From the NCBI RefSeq assembly GCF_009914755.1, contig NC_060928.1: DNA of 64,000 bases, one strand, 5' to 3'. The translations under genes were made by a program, and so were the position numbers. Each line of letters begins with the position of its first letter. Within the stretch, counting starts at the first letter, position 1. The notes below the pieces were generated by a model that ran no database searches, was not told the origin of the DNA, and was given only the letters and a program-made list of their open reading frames with translations. Below, in pieces: positions 33,591 through 48,401 of the stretch. The stretch comes from the human T2T-CHM13v2.0 reference genome, Homo sapiens.

Positions 33591-34805
33591 CTGAGAGGAG
33601 GCACCAGCAGCTGCTGTGCTCTCAACTTAAAGTGGGAGTCTTGTAGCCATGGGTGGTGAACAGAGGGCTGATGCTAGGACTGAACTAGGCATAATGGGTA
33701 ACAACAGTGGTTAGATAATGCAGAACTAAAGGTTGCAGCACTTTATCAGTTTTAATTTGACATATGAAGCAGTTGGAAACCATTGTAGGCTTCTGAGAAG
33801 AAGCTAAACATGAGCAAATTAACACTTGAGGGAAGATGCAAGAGACACCTGCTGAGTATCAGTATGGTTGGGGGCAGGGAGGACAGCAGGAAATGCCTTT
33901 GGAAAGGAAGTGTTGCCTGTTCGACATGTAGAAACTTGAGGCTCTTTGGTTTTGAACTAAGATACTATAATAAATACATGACAGAAATAGGAATCAAATT
34001 CTCAAATGGTGCGTCAGCTCCATCTCTTTTGATCAAAGGGCTTTCTGGCTCTGAATTTTGATGATTATCTTATTTTATTTTCACTTGCAGAAAGATCATT
34101 CTAGCATTGCTTACCTCTCATCCCATACTTATGTGACTCCAGCCCTGATTAAAATAGACTGAAATTAAGAGAAATCTTCTAAATTAAACAAAAAGGAAAA
34201 TTTACTGAAAGAATTCTAATAGGTTATGGAACTCAGGCTCAGCTGGGCCTAAGGAAGATTTTACATCAGGAATTAGAATGCTAGCTCAGCACCCTATTCT
34301 GTTTTCTTTCTTTCTCTCACTAAACTGGCTTTCACTCCACATGGCTAAACCAGGCTGCACTATAGTTTCTGAGTTTATGTCTCAGTTATTGAAGCAACTT
34401 GAGAAACACATTGAGCATTTTCCAATTGTATTTTCAATTCCTGAGAGGAAAAATCGGATTGACTCAGCCCATTTTTTGCCCAGCAAAGGTGGGAGGTAGA
34501 GCAGCCAGGCTCATCTGATGCCAAAATGGCAGTGCCAGATCTCATCCTTGAATTGGAAGTATTGGGGGACAGAGAAGGGGGTCTTGGCAGATGCCCCCAA
34601 CAAATTGAAAATCCCCACTTCAAATTACCCAGATTTCTAAAGAGGTGTTTGCCATTTGTTGAATAACTGTTTTGAAATTTCATTGTGGCATAATGAGGAA
34701 TTACATTTATTCTTTCCATTTAATCAATTTAATCATATTAAAAACAATTTAGATCTGTAGTGTTTTCCTGAAGCTAATGTTTTGCTGCTCACCTTTGTAC
34801 TTCTT

Positions 34806-36688
34806 TTTTTTTTTTTTTCATTTTTAATTTTTTATTGATCATTCTTGGGTGTTTCTCGCAGAGGGGGATTTGGCAGGGTCACAGGACAATATTGGAGGGA
34901 AGGTCAGCAGATAAACAAGTGAACAAAGGTCTCTGGTTTTCCTAGGCAGAGGACCCTGCGGCCTTCCGCAGTGTTTGTGTCCCTGGGTACTTGAGATTAG
35001 GGAGTGGTGATGACTCTTAAGGAGCATGCTGCCTTCAAGCATCTGTTTAACAAAGCACATCTTGCACCGCCCTTAATCCATTCAACCCTGAGTGGATACA
35101 GCACATGTTTCAGATAGCACAGGGTTGGGGGTAAGGTCACAGTTCAACAGGATCCCAAGGCAGAAGAATTTTTCATAGTACAGAACAAAATGAAAAGTCT
35201 CCCATGTCTACCTCTTTCCACACAGACACGGCAACCATCCGATTTCTCAATCTCTTCCCCACCCTTCCCCCTTTCTATTCCACAAAACCGCCATTGTCAT
35301 CATGGCCCATTCTCAATGAGCTGTTGGGTACACCTCCCAGACGGGGTGGTGGCCGGGCAGAGGAGCTCCTCACTTCCCAGTAGGGGCGGCCGGGCAGAGG
35401 CGCCCCTCACCTCCCAGACGAGGCGGCTGGCCGGGCGGGGGGCTGACCCCCCCACCTCCCTCCCGGACCGGGGTGGCTGGCCGGGCGGGGGGCTGACCCC
35501 CCCACCTCCCTCCCGGATGAGGCGGCTGGCCGGGCGGGGGGCTGACCCCCCCACCTCCCTCCCGGATGAGGCGGCTGGCCGGGTGGGGGGCTGACCCCCC
35601 CACCTCCCTCCCGGACGGGGCGGCCGGCCAGGCAGAGGGGCTACTCACTTCCCAGTAGGGGCGGCCGGGCAGAGGCGCCCCTCACCTCCCGGACGGGGCG
35701 GCTGGCCGGGCGAGGGGCTGATCCCCCCACCTCCCTCCCGGACGGGGCGGCTGGCCGGGCGGGGGGCTGACCCCTCCTCCTCCCTCCCGGACGAGGTGGC
35801 TGCCGGGCGGAGATGCTCCTCACTTCCCAGACGGGGCGGCTGCTGGGCGGAGGGGCTCCTCACTTCTCAGATGGGGCGGCTGCCGGGCGGAGGGGCTCTT
35901 CACTTCTCAGACAGGGCGGTTGCCAGGCAGAGGGTCTCCTCACCTCTCAGATGGGGCGGCCGGGCAGAGACGCTCCTCACATCCCGGACGGGGCGGCAGG
36001 GCAGAGGCGCTCCCCACATCTCAGACAATGGGCGGCCGGGCAGAGACGCTCCTCACTTCCCAGATGGGATGGCGGCTGGGAAGAGGTGCTCCTCACTTCC
36101 TAGATGGGATGGCGGCCGGGCAGAGACACTCCTCACTTTCCAGACTGGGCAGCCAGGCAGAGGGGCTCCTCACATCCCAGACGATGGGCGGCCGGGCAGA
36201 GACGCTCCTCACTTCCCAGACGGGGTGGCGGCCGGGCAGAGGCTGCAATCTCGGCACCCTGGGAGGCCAAGGCAGGCTGCTGGGAGGTGGAGGTTGTAGC
36301 GAGCCGAGATCACGCCACTGCACTCCAGCCTGGGCACCATTGAGCACTGAGTGAACGAGACTCCGTCTGCAATCCCGGCACCTCGGGAGGCCGAGGCTGG
36401 CAGATCACTCGCGGTTAGGAGCTGGAGACCAGCCCGGCCAACACAGCGAAACCCCGTCTCCACCAAAAAAATATGAAAACCAGTCAGGCGTGGCGGCGCA
36501 CACCTGCAGTCGCAGGCACTCGGCAGGCTGAGGCAGGAGAATCAGGCAGGGAGGTTGCAGTGAGCCGAGATGGCAGCAGTACCGTCCAGCTTCGGCTCGG
36601 CATCAGAGGGAGACCGTTTAAAGAGAGGGAGAGGGAGACCGTGGGGAGAGCGAGAGCGAGAGAGAGAGGGAGAGGGAGAGGGAGAGGG
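34806..36688 (-). mobile_element. Full-length SVA retrotransposon (SVA_D-like), antisense
   Basis: Left to right on +: poly-T, SINE-R (GATCATTCTTGGGTGTTTCTCGCAGAGG...), GC-rich VNTR (about 35330-36240), Alu-like region, and (AGAGGG)n, i.e. the CCCTCT hexamer; perfect 16-bp TSD CACCTTTGTACTTCTT at 34790-34805 and 36689-36704. Confidence 0.98.
35330..36240. repeat. SVA VNTR (about 35-50-bp GC-rich units)
   Basis: Repeated GGCGGCTGGCCGGGCGGGGGGCTGACCCCCCCACCTCCCTCCCGGA and CTCCTCACTTCCCAGA units. Confidence 0.95.
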
Positions 36689-38844
36689 CACCTTTGTACT
36701 TCTTAACTGCTGGAAAATTGACTTTATTATTGTTATTATTTTTATTGGTAACACAGGGGCTGAGAAGTTAAAGGTCTGCAATGCTTCAGTATAATGCTCT
36801 GATAATTAAAAGGTGAATTTCTGTGCATGAAGAAATTCTGTGAATCATAAACCATAGTTCTTTTGATTGTGTTTATACTCTTTCCAGAGAGGTTCAGAAA
36901 TGAATAACCTTGAGATACTCAGACCTCACAAGGTTTACTAGCTTCAAAGATTCTGATTTTATTTATAGGCTGCAAAAAACCACTCAATGAAGTTGGTTGT
37001 GATTCACTGCTTATCACGGGCTATTGCCACTCAATGCCAGGAAGGTATTGAATTTTGTACAGTGAGAGAGTAGAATAAAAACCGTGTAGCTCCAAACAGA
37101 AGCCCAAGCGTTATCTCAGGTATTTCTCATAGCTTATTGAATGGACCCAGGCCAGTGGCTTCAGATCTGAGTTTTTCTGCTTCTCCCCACCTCTGTGAGA
37201 AGTGAATACTTTGTCAATACAGCAGCTGCTTGGTTCTTTTGGTGACTGAAGGAAGAGCTAATAGGAACAGTAATTTTCATGGCCAGTTGAGTAGTGGTCT
37301 GACGAAAAATAAATCTGGATAAATTATGCCTTGGCCTGTTAGAGTACCCCTGTTTCACTCCCAGCTTTGATTTATGCAGTAGTGCTCCTCTACTGCCTCT
37401 TTAAAATCTATGGTAAACAAATTTTCTGTTATATGCAAATTTGAGAAAGGCGCTGAAGTAGATAGCTATGAAATGTACATCATGGGTATCTGCTGAAACC
37501 CATTGTCCGTTCTGTCGAAATATAGAACTCATTTATTTAAACCAGAAAACACGAAGTGGAACAAATTTTGGTTGGAAGCTAGGTAATAAAATAAATGATA
37601 CATGGAAAGGGACCCCAAAGGTGCTCCAGAAAAGCTGGCATAGGATTGGAGGCCAGGCTAGGAGGAGGTGAGCATTGGGTAAGGCTTCATGTAATGGCTC
37701 CTGCAGGATTGATACTGCTTGTTATTTTGACTGTCATTTTTTAAATTATGTATTTGGATGGGGGAGCAGAGGGAAACTTTGCTTTTAGGTTTTTTCACTG
37801 TTGTCGTTTGGTTTTTGTTTGGAGGGTGTTGAATAGTCTTTCTTTTTTCATTCCTTAATGGAACCTTATCTCAAGGAGAAAACCAGCAACATTTGGCTTT
37901 GTTTCAGTCTTAAGAAGTGTTAGAATAATATTTTCCCCCCCTTCAGCTGAGGCTACAAATTGTGGCAAAAGTATGAGAGCTTCTGGACTTTATTTGGTGT
38001 TTCACTTCATGGAACTTCTTAAAGTTATCCTATACTTATTGTAAATGGGGTGTTCTACCCTCCACCTGCCCTCTGATTGCTTCCTCTGGTAGCCTGTCTC
38101 TGTGAGAGGCATCTTGAGCCCTTCTCAGTTAGATGGGTCATGTCATTTCTCCCTCCCGGTCTTTTCAGTGAAGTCCAACAAAGCAGCTTGGTAAATGGCT
38201 TTCTGCCTCCTCATGGCCTCTTTCACAGGTGGGTGTAGGCTCCCCACCTGCTTTATCTCTGGTTGCAAAGAATAGAGATACCCTCCTGTGACCTCAGGTA
38301 GTGGGAAGCTTACTGTTAGATCCTAGGAAAAAGGAATAGCTAGGCTTCAGGAAGGGCAAGGGCTGAGGAGAGCTAGTCACCTAAGAGGCTGGAATCAAAA
38401 GGCTGAGGGATTGTGGACTGTCATTCTGGGAGTCCGCCGTTATTGTAGCCTGCTACTCTCTGAGTTGCCCTTGTGTCTCAGATTTACCTGCTTTGCTGCC
38501 TGCTGCCATCTAGCTTTACCTCCTAGTTCAAATCCCCAGGATAATTTGAAAGGCTGAGCTAATTCATGATTATCTCTGACATTAGAGCACATCATAGGTT
38601 AAAGGCCAGCCTAGGGATTGTTTGCTTCTAAATCAGGTTCCCATCACTCATTCTGTCAGGTTCCATTCCCTGTGACTAGCAGGTTGATGGTGTGTGTATG
38701 TTTTGGTACAGGAAATCATGTCTAAGGCTGCCCCCGAGCAGTGGTTGGCAACATAACCTGTGCCCTTTGTGGGGGCTGTGGGCAGGGAATGCATCACAGC
38801 TGGGGTGAAGAGTACACTCGTGTCCATAAGATTCTAGAAGGATG

Positions 38845-38970
38845 GAGGTTATCCCCATTTTGAAACTGAGGAAATTGGAGCCAAAAGAGGTTAAGTACTT
38901 TGCTTAAAGTTACAGACTTAGTAAGTAGCAAAACTGTGATTTGAAGCCAGATTTATTTGACTCCAGTAGG
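38845..38970 (-). mobile_element. MIR
   Basis: TTATCCCCATTTT..GAGGAAATTGGAG..AGAGGTTAAGTACTTTGC..AAAGTTACA. Confidence 0.8.
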
Positions 38971-39824
38971 CCATGGCATGTTTTTCAATTTTGAGTTTTT
39001 CAAAGATGAGGTGGGGCCATATTGAAACTTCACGAACAGTACTGGCCCTTTCTTATTCTTGGAGAGGCTGTAAAATTTCAGAACTGTTTTCCCTAGTGTC
39101 ACACAACCAGAGTAGTGTCCTATGTTTTCATCTTTAGGAAAATGCCTTCTAAGAAAGATTCTGAGTTTGCGTTTATTGAAAATAAGTCGTTCGAACTCAA
39201 TGCTCTGGAGTCAATACTGTCCTCACTATAGTACAACTAAATTCAGGATTGGAGTGGGGGTGGTTCTTCAATTGAGAAGTCTCCTCCTGAGTTGGAGAAC
39301 ACTAGAACTGAGCATTCCTGAAGTAGATCCTGTCAGTCCTGCTCATTTGCCCTTCACAGGTTCTGTACACAGGTTGTTTTCCTCCTTTAGGGTTTTATGG
39401 TTACCCTCAAGCACATGGAGGCCCGAGACCAGGGCAGTAGGTAGGCACCTGGCACATGGTAGGCATACGATTCATATTGGTTGGGTAACTAGATGAAAGT
39501 GGGTACCCATGTGGCTCCACTGCCTCTCCTCAGTTAGGTACCTTCCTGATGAATCACTCTTTCCTCATGCTACAGATTTGCCATTTCTTTTTGTTCAAAT
39601 TTTACCAGTCTTGGAAGAGAAGGCAAGTTTTCTGTAACCTGTTTAGGGAATCTTTGGAATTCTGTTTGGGCTTCTCTAGTGGTTCAACATTCAACTTCTG
39701 TGGTTTTGACCATTTTTAATCTTGTAAATGAACTCTGGGAAAACGTTTGCAATTGTCAACTCCTTCTCCTTCCTGCCTCCTCCCCTCTTTTGACATGGCC
39801 TCTTTGGTGGCGTTGTAGTGACTA

Positions 39825-40000
39825 ACAAACAGTATAGATTTTGGAGCAGCCAGACAGACCTGAATTTAATTCTCTGCTCTGAAACATTCTGGCTGGGTGA
39901 CCTTTGGCAAGTTACTCAGTCTCTCTGAGCTTGGGGCAGGTACAAAAACACTTAGCATAGTGCATGGCATATGGTAATGTCTCAAGAAAAGTTACGTGGT
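39825..40000 (+). mobile_element. MIR
   Basis: TTTGGAG..CAGACAGACCTG..GGGTGACCTTTGGCAAGTTACTCAGTCTCTCTGAGC. Confidence 0.75.
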
Positions 40001-40794
40001 GCTAATATTATTATAATAATAATCAGGATAATTGCCACATTTCTTTCTCAGGGCTGTCAATGCTTCTTATTCCCAAAGGGGGGAGCTGTTAACTTTGTCT
40101 GCAGCAACACAGTAATGGACAGGAGCCTTAATGCATGGTCTTTTTGTTTATATTCTGTTGTCACCCTAGAGTTTGAAGTATTTCAAGTGTTTTAAAGCAC
40201 ATTTTGTATGAAGATAATTATCATGCTTCTAATGTATTTGGGAGCTGAGGTATTTTAATTAATGATGTGCCAGCAACCCTTTCAAATAGGGTGAAGTGTG
40301 ATTTTTAAGGCCTTCATCTGCTTGGTCATAATTAGGGACATTTGGAACATTCAGGCATAATATCTGCTGATTTGCACACTTTCATTAAGCAATCAGGACT
40401 GAATGACCAAGTGACCACACTTTCATTGGATCAGGTTCCAATTGTTGAGGTGGAGGGGCCTTCTGTGCTTTCTCCTCCTCTCCCCTGCCCAGTTTTTCCT
40501 ATAACATTTACACACATTCTGTGTTCATCTAAAACAACACTACTGTGCGTATTTTTTCAAGGCCTTGATTTTTGTAGAATCCCTGTACCGCATTTTCTTT
40601 TTTCTTCTTTTTTTTTTTGCCTTATGAACCAGTCTGGCCGAATCTCTGTTAGAAAGTAAAATTTTCATATGAGACAGACTGTTATGGGAGTGTTAAAGGT
40701 GATTAATAATGTAAATGAAAAAGATGAAGTTCATTCCATGAGGGAGGGAGAAGAAGAGTTCTCTGAGAACTGAAAGAGACTGTTGATTTCATAT

Positions 40795-40895
40795 CTAAGC
40801 TCCATAAAGAGAGGAACCATGTTTGACTTGTTCACTGTTGTCTTCCTTGTACCTAGCACTGGTCCTGGTACAGAGTAGAATTTACTGAATAAATT
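40795..40895 (+). mobile_element. L2 3' end
   Basis: TAAGCTCCAT..CTTGTTCACTGTTGTCT..ACCTAGCAC..CCTGGTACAGAGTAG..TGAATAAAT. Confidence 0.65.
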
Positions 40896-41812
40896 TATGT
40901 GCAATGCATGCCACTTACGTAAATTACATTGGTATCTACAAGGACAGAGCCTAAGTCAGAATCTGGATCTCCAGGGCCCAAAAAGAAGTATATGAAGAAG
41001 AGAATGAGGTAAAGAAGGCAAGAATTTAAAAAATCAACACAGAAATATATAAGGAATGTAAAAGAAAGTTACAAAATAAAAAAGGTAAGTTTTGCTCAGT
41101 AGCATTTTATATGGAAGAAATGTAGAGTATGTGGATACGTGGCATCGCATATTTCAATGCTGCTATTTGATTATTTTTTTAAAAGCAGAAGTTGAGTAGC
41201 TACATGACAGCTCTGCTGTTGTTTGGTCTATATCGTTTTTTTGGTTTTGTCATTGCGAAACTGGGATGATTTTCAAGCTCAGAGTCTTCATTATTTTTCC
41301 CCTTTCCACCTTAGGTTTATAGTTGCTGTGTTGAATTTCATAAATCTTTTTCTTGCTATTTACACAGATTGTGTAATTTCTAATCTACTTTCATTTGCCA
41401 GATCCTTTGTACATTAAGTGGGTCAAAAGCTAGTACCTCAAGTATCTTCATTCAACAGGATTTTGAGTTTTAAGCCAGTCCTCCAAACACACACTCTGTT
41501 GTGCAGTTTTCATGGACAAGGTACTCTTTCTTTTTCTACCCTCATGGCCACTCTCATTACAGACATCCAGAGGTGCCACAAGAGCCTCCTGGAGGAAGGT
41601 TAGCGTATGCTCCTTTAGTACTGGGGCACTTTCAGGCAACACAGTGAGTGCCATCCTTATGTCCTAAAGCTAGGTAAGGATTCTAACTCCTGAATCAGAT
41701 CAAAGAGGAACTTGGTGGGGGGTGCTTTCTGGGATGGCGGTGGAGTCAGGGAGAGGACAGACATTTCCTGAGGAATAGGAGAAACAGATAATAGGAGAAC
41801 AGATAGTAGGAG

Positions 41813-42129
41813 AAGACATACTGAGACTGGGAAGAAAAATAGGTTTAATTGGACTTAGAGTTCCACATGGCTGGGGAGGCCTTAGAGTCATGGCGGGAGG
41901 TGAAAGGGACTTCTTACATGGCAGCAGCAAGAGAAAATGAAGAAGCAAAAGCGGAAACCCCTGATAAACCCACCAGATCTTGTGAGACTTATTCACTGTC
42001 ACGAGAATAGCATGGGAAAGCCTTGCCCCCATGATTCAATTACCTCTCCCTGGGTCCCTCCCACAACACGTGGGAATTCTGGGAGATTCAATTCAAGTTG
42101 AAGTTTGGGGGCACAGCCAAACCATATCA
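41813..42129 (-). mobile_element. MaLR solo LTR (THE1C-like), lacking about 30 bp of one terminus
   Basis: AAGACATACTGAGACTGGGAAGAAAA..TTCCACATGGCTGGGGAGGCC..CACAGCCAAACCATATCA. Confidence 0.88.
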
Positions 42130-42298
42130 ACCTTATTGATGTTTTTGCAGGTGAGTGCAACACTCGACTGTCAGATAATAATTGTAGCCCTTTAGCTGTG
42201 GAGAGAGATCTGTACTAGCTACCCACTCTAGGGCTGGAGCATGTATATAAGGGAGTCAGTTTAAGGAGTGTTTTTGGTGGTATGTAGGATTTATTTCC

Positions 42299-42548
42299 CC
42301 AGCCTGGTTGACGTGGCAAGACCCTGTCTTTACAAAAATTTTAAAAAATTAGCTGAGCATGGTGGTGCATGCCTGTGGTCCCAGCTACTGGGCTGGTGGT
42401 CGGGGTTGGGGGGCACCTAGGCGGGAGGATTGCTTGAGTCCAGGAGGTTGAGGCTGCAGTGAGTTGTGATTGTGCCACTACACTCCAGCCTAGGAAACAG
42501 ATCGAGGCCCTGTCTCAAAACAAACAAACAAACAAACAAACAAAAAAA
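42299..42548 (+). mobile_element. AluJ, 5'-truncated, with (AAAC)n tail
   Basis: Begins CCAGCCTGG; near-TSD GGAT(T/A)TATTTCC on both sides. Confidence 0.88.
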
Positions 42549-44037
42549 GGATATATTTCCTTTGGCTCATTGTAACACATAATTGTGACTTCCAATTTTG
42601 TAGGCATCTAGAAAAATTAGTTTTGAAAATTTGTAGAGTATGCCTATAGAACTGTTTACCAATCCATCTGTAATTATTTATTGATCACATAACATGTGAC
42701 CAGGCCTAGCCAGCCCCTGTTCAGATAGAATAGTAAAATTTGGTGTAGGGTTTTTTAACTATCATTCTGTTTGTGATTTAGGTTATTAGGGAAAGCCCAT
42801 TTACCCTGAATTCAAGACAGGTAGCCTCCGGGAGTTCTGAGTGGAAATTCATCTGTTTCCTCTGTCATTTTAGAGAAGGTGCTGCACTTGTACTTTCAGC
42901 AGTGGATTATGCACAATCAACCGTGATGAATATATGAGCATTTTTAATTAGTCTTCATGCCTGTGTCTAATGCAATCAGAAACCCTGTATCAGAGTAGAG
43001 ATTTGTAATCAATCATTCATCATCTTCTGAGGCAGATATAAACCCATTTGCTTTTAGCCTGCAACTTAAAATATCTGCTTTAGAGAATTATTATTAACCA
43101 GGCAGATATCTGTAAATGAAGTATATTTTGAGCATGTAGACTTAAATCTCAAATTGTAGATTGCTCTGATTAGTGTAATTGTGAGAATTAAGGTGTCTCT
43201 AGCTTTCAGTCTGTCCATAGAAAACCTACCAAAAGACAAAATAGTGTTAGATAAAGAGTATCAGACTGGCGTTAAGGAAACCTGAATTTGAGGCCCACCT
43301 TTGCAAACTCCAGTTTTCTCATCTGTAAAATGAAAAGAGGATTGAAATAGCAGCTATTTAAGTTCTCACTATGTTATGTTAAAGGTATGTTACTTATAAT
43401 AGAAACACTAATAGTAAACAACATCTGGGAACCATTTAATATGTCCGTGGAGGCACATGGAGCTTCTATTGTGTCACCTTTCCCCATATTGCTCCTATGA
43501 GGTAGTTACTATAAAAAGGCCACCTCTGTCCTTAGCTTGGGAGTTCTTGTTGGGGAGGCTGATCTCTGTAAGCTGAAGATTTAGAGATGTCAGATATGAA
43601 TCCACAATGGTTATCTAAATAAAGATCATTGAATTAAATATAGAGTTCTGCAGAGATGATTTTTTGTTTATCTTAGTGGGTCTGTCAAAATTCTGCAATT
43701 AAAGTAAAATTGACAAATTATATTTTCAAATTTAACTGACAACCAAGTAATTATAGTGTATTTATCTGCTGTTAAAATAATTTTTTCCCCCAAAAGTGAA
43801 ATTCTAGAGAATCCAAGAACAAGTTAATCCTCAGTGTTGATTAGCAGCATTAGTGAGCATGGAGAAAATGGATCACTAGTTATTGGAGTTTAAAGCAGTA
43901 CAACTTTTGAGGAGTCCGTTTACATCAAAAGCCTTCAGATATTCCTACTCTTTGAGCTGATGTTTCCACTTCTGGGATTCTAATTGAAGGACAAAATCAT
44001 GGGTATGTTCAAATGCTTAGTTAAAAGAATGTTCCTT

Positions 44038-44330
44038 GGCTGGGCATCATGGCTCACACCTGTAATTCCAGCACTTGGGAAGCTGAGGCAGGAGGATCTC
44101 TTGAGCCTAGGAGTTCAAGACCAGCCTGGACAGCGTAAGGAGACTGTCTCTACAAAAAGTAAAAAAATCAGCCGGGTGTGGTGGTGCACACCTGTAGTAC
44201 CAGCTATATGGAAGGCTGAGGTGGAGAGGATTGCTTGAGCCCCGGAAATCAAAGCTGCAGTGAGCTGTGATTGTGCCACTGCACTCCAGCCTGGGCAACA
44301 GAGCAAGACCCTGTCTCAAAGGGAAAAATA
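44038..44330 (+). mobile_element. AluJ within an old L1ME-like fragment (about 43900-44430)
   Basis: Alu dimer; flanks resemble the L1ME 3' region (GTACAACTTTTGAGG..TTTCCACTTCTGGGA). Confidence 0.88.
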
Positions 44331-44489
44331 AAGGAAATTCCTTGCACAGTGTTTATGACACTGAAAACCTAAAAGCAAACTAAATACCCAGCCACGAGCA
44401 GATTGGTTAAATAAACCCATTTAATGCCAAATATGTCATAAAATGGCACTCTCTGGGGACCAGTCTTTTTTCCTCCAATAATTAAAAAA

Positions 44490-46780
<2,291 letters not shown>

Positions 46781-47229
46781 ATGGACTTTTGACTCATCCC
46801 TTAGAGACCCTCTAACATTGGTCATAATTTTGCAGCTTGAGGTAACTGTGTTAGAAATTGGGTTGGAATATCCTTTGTTTTGTTAACAACTAGACTATTG
46901 TTTTTTCCTTTTTCATATCTTTAGCTGGAGAATGGTACAGCTCTCTTTTATTTCAGGCTGTCAGAGCTTTTCTGAAATGTTGCAATCCTGCTTCAGAATA
47001 GGGGCATCTGAGTCTTGGCATTCATCCCAGTCATAGCCTCTTTTGCCAATTCTTCCACAATTTCTGTAATTGTAACATGTAAAAGAACTCTTCATCCTGA
47101 CCAGGAAGGATGGTGGTGAATGTGACAGTGGGGATTCATGGGTAAGGGATAAATGACTTTAACTGAGTCAGAAGCAGCAAACTTTGAGGGGTTTGTATTT
47201 CATGTTGAGAACGTTCCCTTAGACCATAG

Positions 47230-47490
47230 TAGTAGTGGAGTATAAGGAGATGGTTGAGGGTGAACTCTTTAACCTCATGGCCTGGTTTTTCATCCTGGCT
47301 CTTCCCCTTACTAGTTGTATAAGCACAGGCATGTTTCTTAATCTCTCCTTTCATCAATTTCTTCAGTTGTAGAATGAGGATAATAATAATAGTACCCATT
47401 TTATAGCGTTGTTCCAGGATTAAGTTGTTACATGTAAAGTGCTTGGTATAGGGCCTGGTAACTGCTCATAGTTGTTAACATTTTTATTAT
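47230..47490 (+). mobile_element. MIR
   Basis: TCCTGGCTCT..TTACTAGTTGT..CAATTTCTTCAGTTGTAGAATGAGGATAATAATAATAGTACC. Confidence 0.75.
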
Positions 47491-47524
47491 TTCACCTCTT
47501 GCATCTGTCCTGTCACCTGAAGTA

Positions 47525-47655
47525 CTTTTTAAAATGCAGATTCCTGGATTTCCATTCCCAGACCTTCCAAATCAGAATCTGAAGGGATAGGGCCCTAGGA
47601 ATTGCATTTCAGAAAGATTCCCACATGGTTCTTAGGAATGCTAAAGTTTTTGAAT
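47525..47655 (+). mobile_element. MER5-like (hAT-Charlie) fragment
   Basis: TAAAATGCAGATTCCTGG..CCCAGACC..AATCAGAATCT..GGGCCCTAGGAATTGCATTT. Confidence 0.75.
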
Positions 47656-48401
47656 AGTTACCTTGAGCCATTACTATTTCTCCATGGTAAGTGAGCTCTC
47701 TAGTCTTTCTTTAGAGATGTGGTTGGGTACTTCTGCAAAAGCGCATACCTCCTCTCTAAGAACACTTCTGGTGTTGCCAGAAACTAACCAAACTTTCTAT
47801 ACAGAGTCAAGTTATGGCGGAACTGTGTATCTAGCTGGCTCAGTGGCATGCACACTGGGGTCAGGCGGATGTGAGACCATAGAATGTGATGAGTTCTATG
47901 ACAAACTAGAGCATGAATGTTATATTCAAAGGTCTCCAGATGAAAATAAAACATAAATCTGTGGGCTGGATTCAGTATTCTGGCTGCCAATTTGTAATAG
48001 TTTTACATAGGTATGGAGCAGTGTCTTTAGGTGAGGTTGGGAGGGAGAATATAAATTTGCAAATCTCTTTGTCAATTTTCTTGTAAGTGTGCTGCTCAAG
48101 GCCAGTATTTTTTCTACCAGCCGTTCTATTAGGGATTATTGTCCAGTGTAAATATTGCAAATTAAACTCTGGGGATAACCTTAGGCTATATAGATAGCAG
48201 TATATGCTTCCTTTTTCAAAAACGATGACTCTGTAGCACTTCTCCCCCAAAGGATGTGGCAGAAAGCCACAGATATTCCCTCTCTGAGAGACTTAACTGA
48301 TACTTTTTTAAGCAAGAATAACCATGATTAAAGTTACTGTTTTAAGTTAGAGACTAGCTTTTGAGAATACAACTGACTTCTTTTTATAGTACAGTAGACG
48401 T

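Noticed and set aside
35330-36240. Regularly repeated units resembling a CRISPR-like array
   Set aside because: The units are contiguous tandem repeats without unique spacers (the SVA VNTR), in a primate context with no cas genes.
34839-36794. Dense cluster of overlapping ORFs and CpG-island-like composition
   Set aside because: Fully explained by the GC-rich SVA VNTR, SINE-R and Alu-like domains; not a host promoter or gene.
47663-47956. 97-aa ORF in apparently unique DNA
   Set aside because: Non-ATG start, no recognisable domain, no convincing splice signals; the length is compatible with chance.
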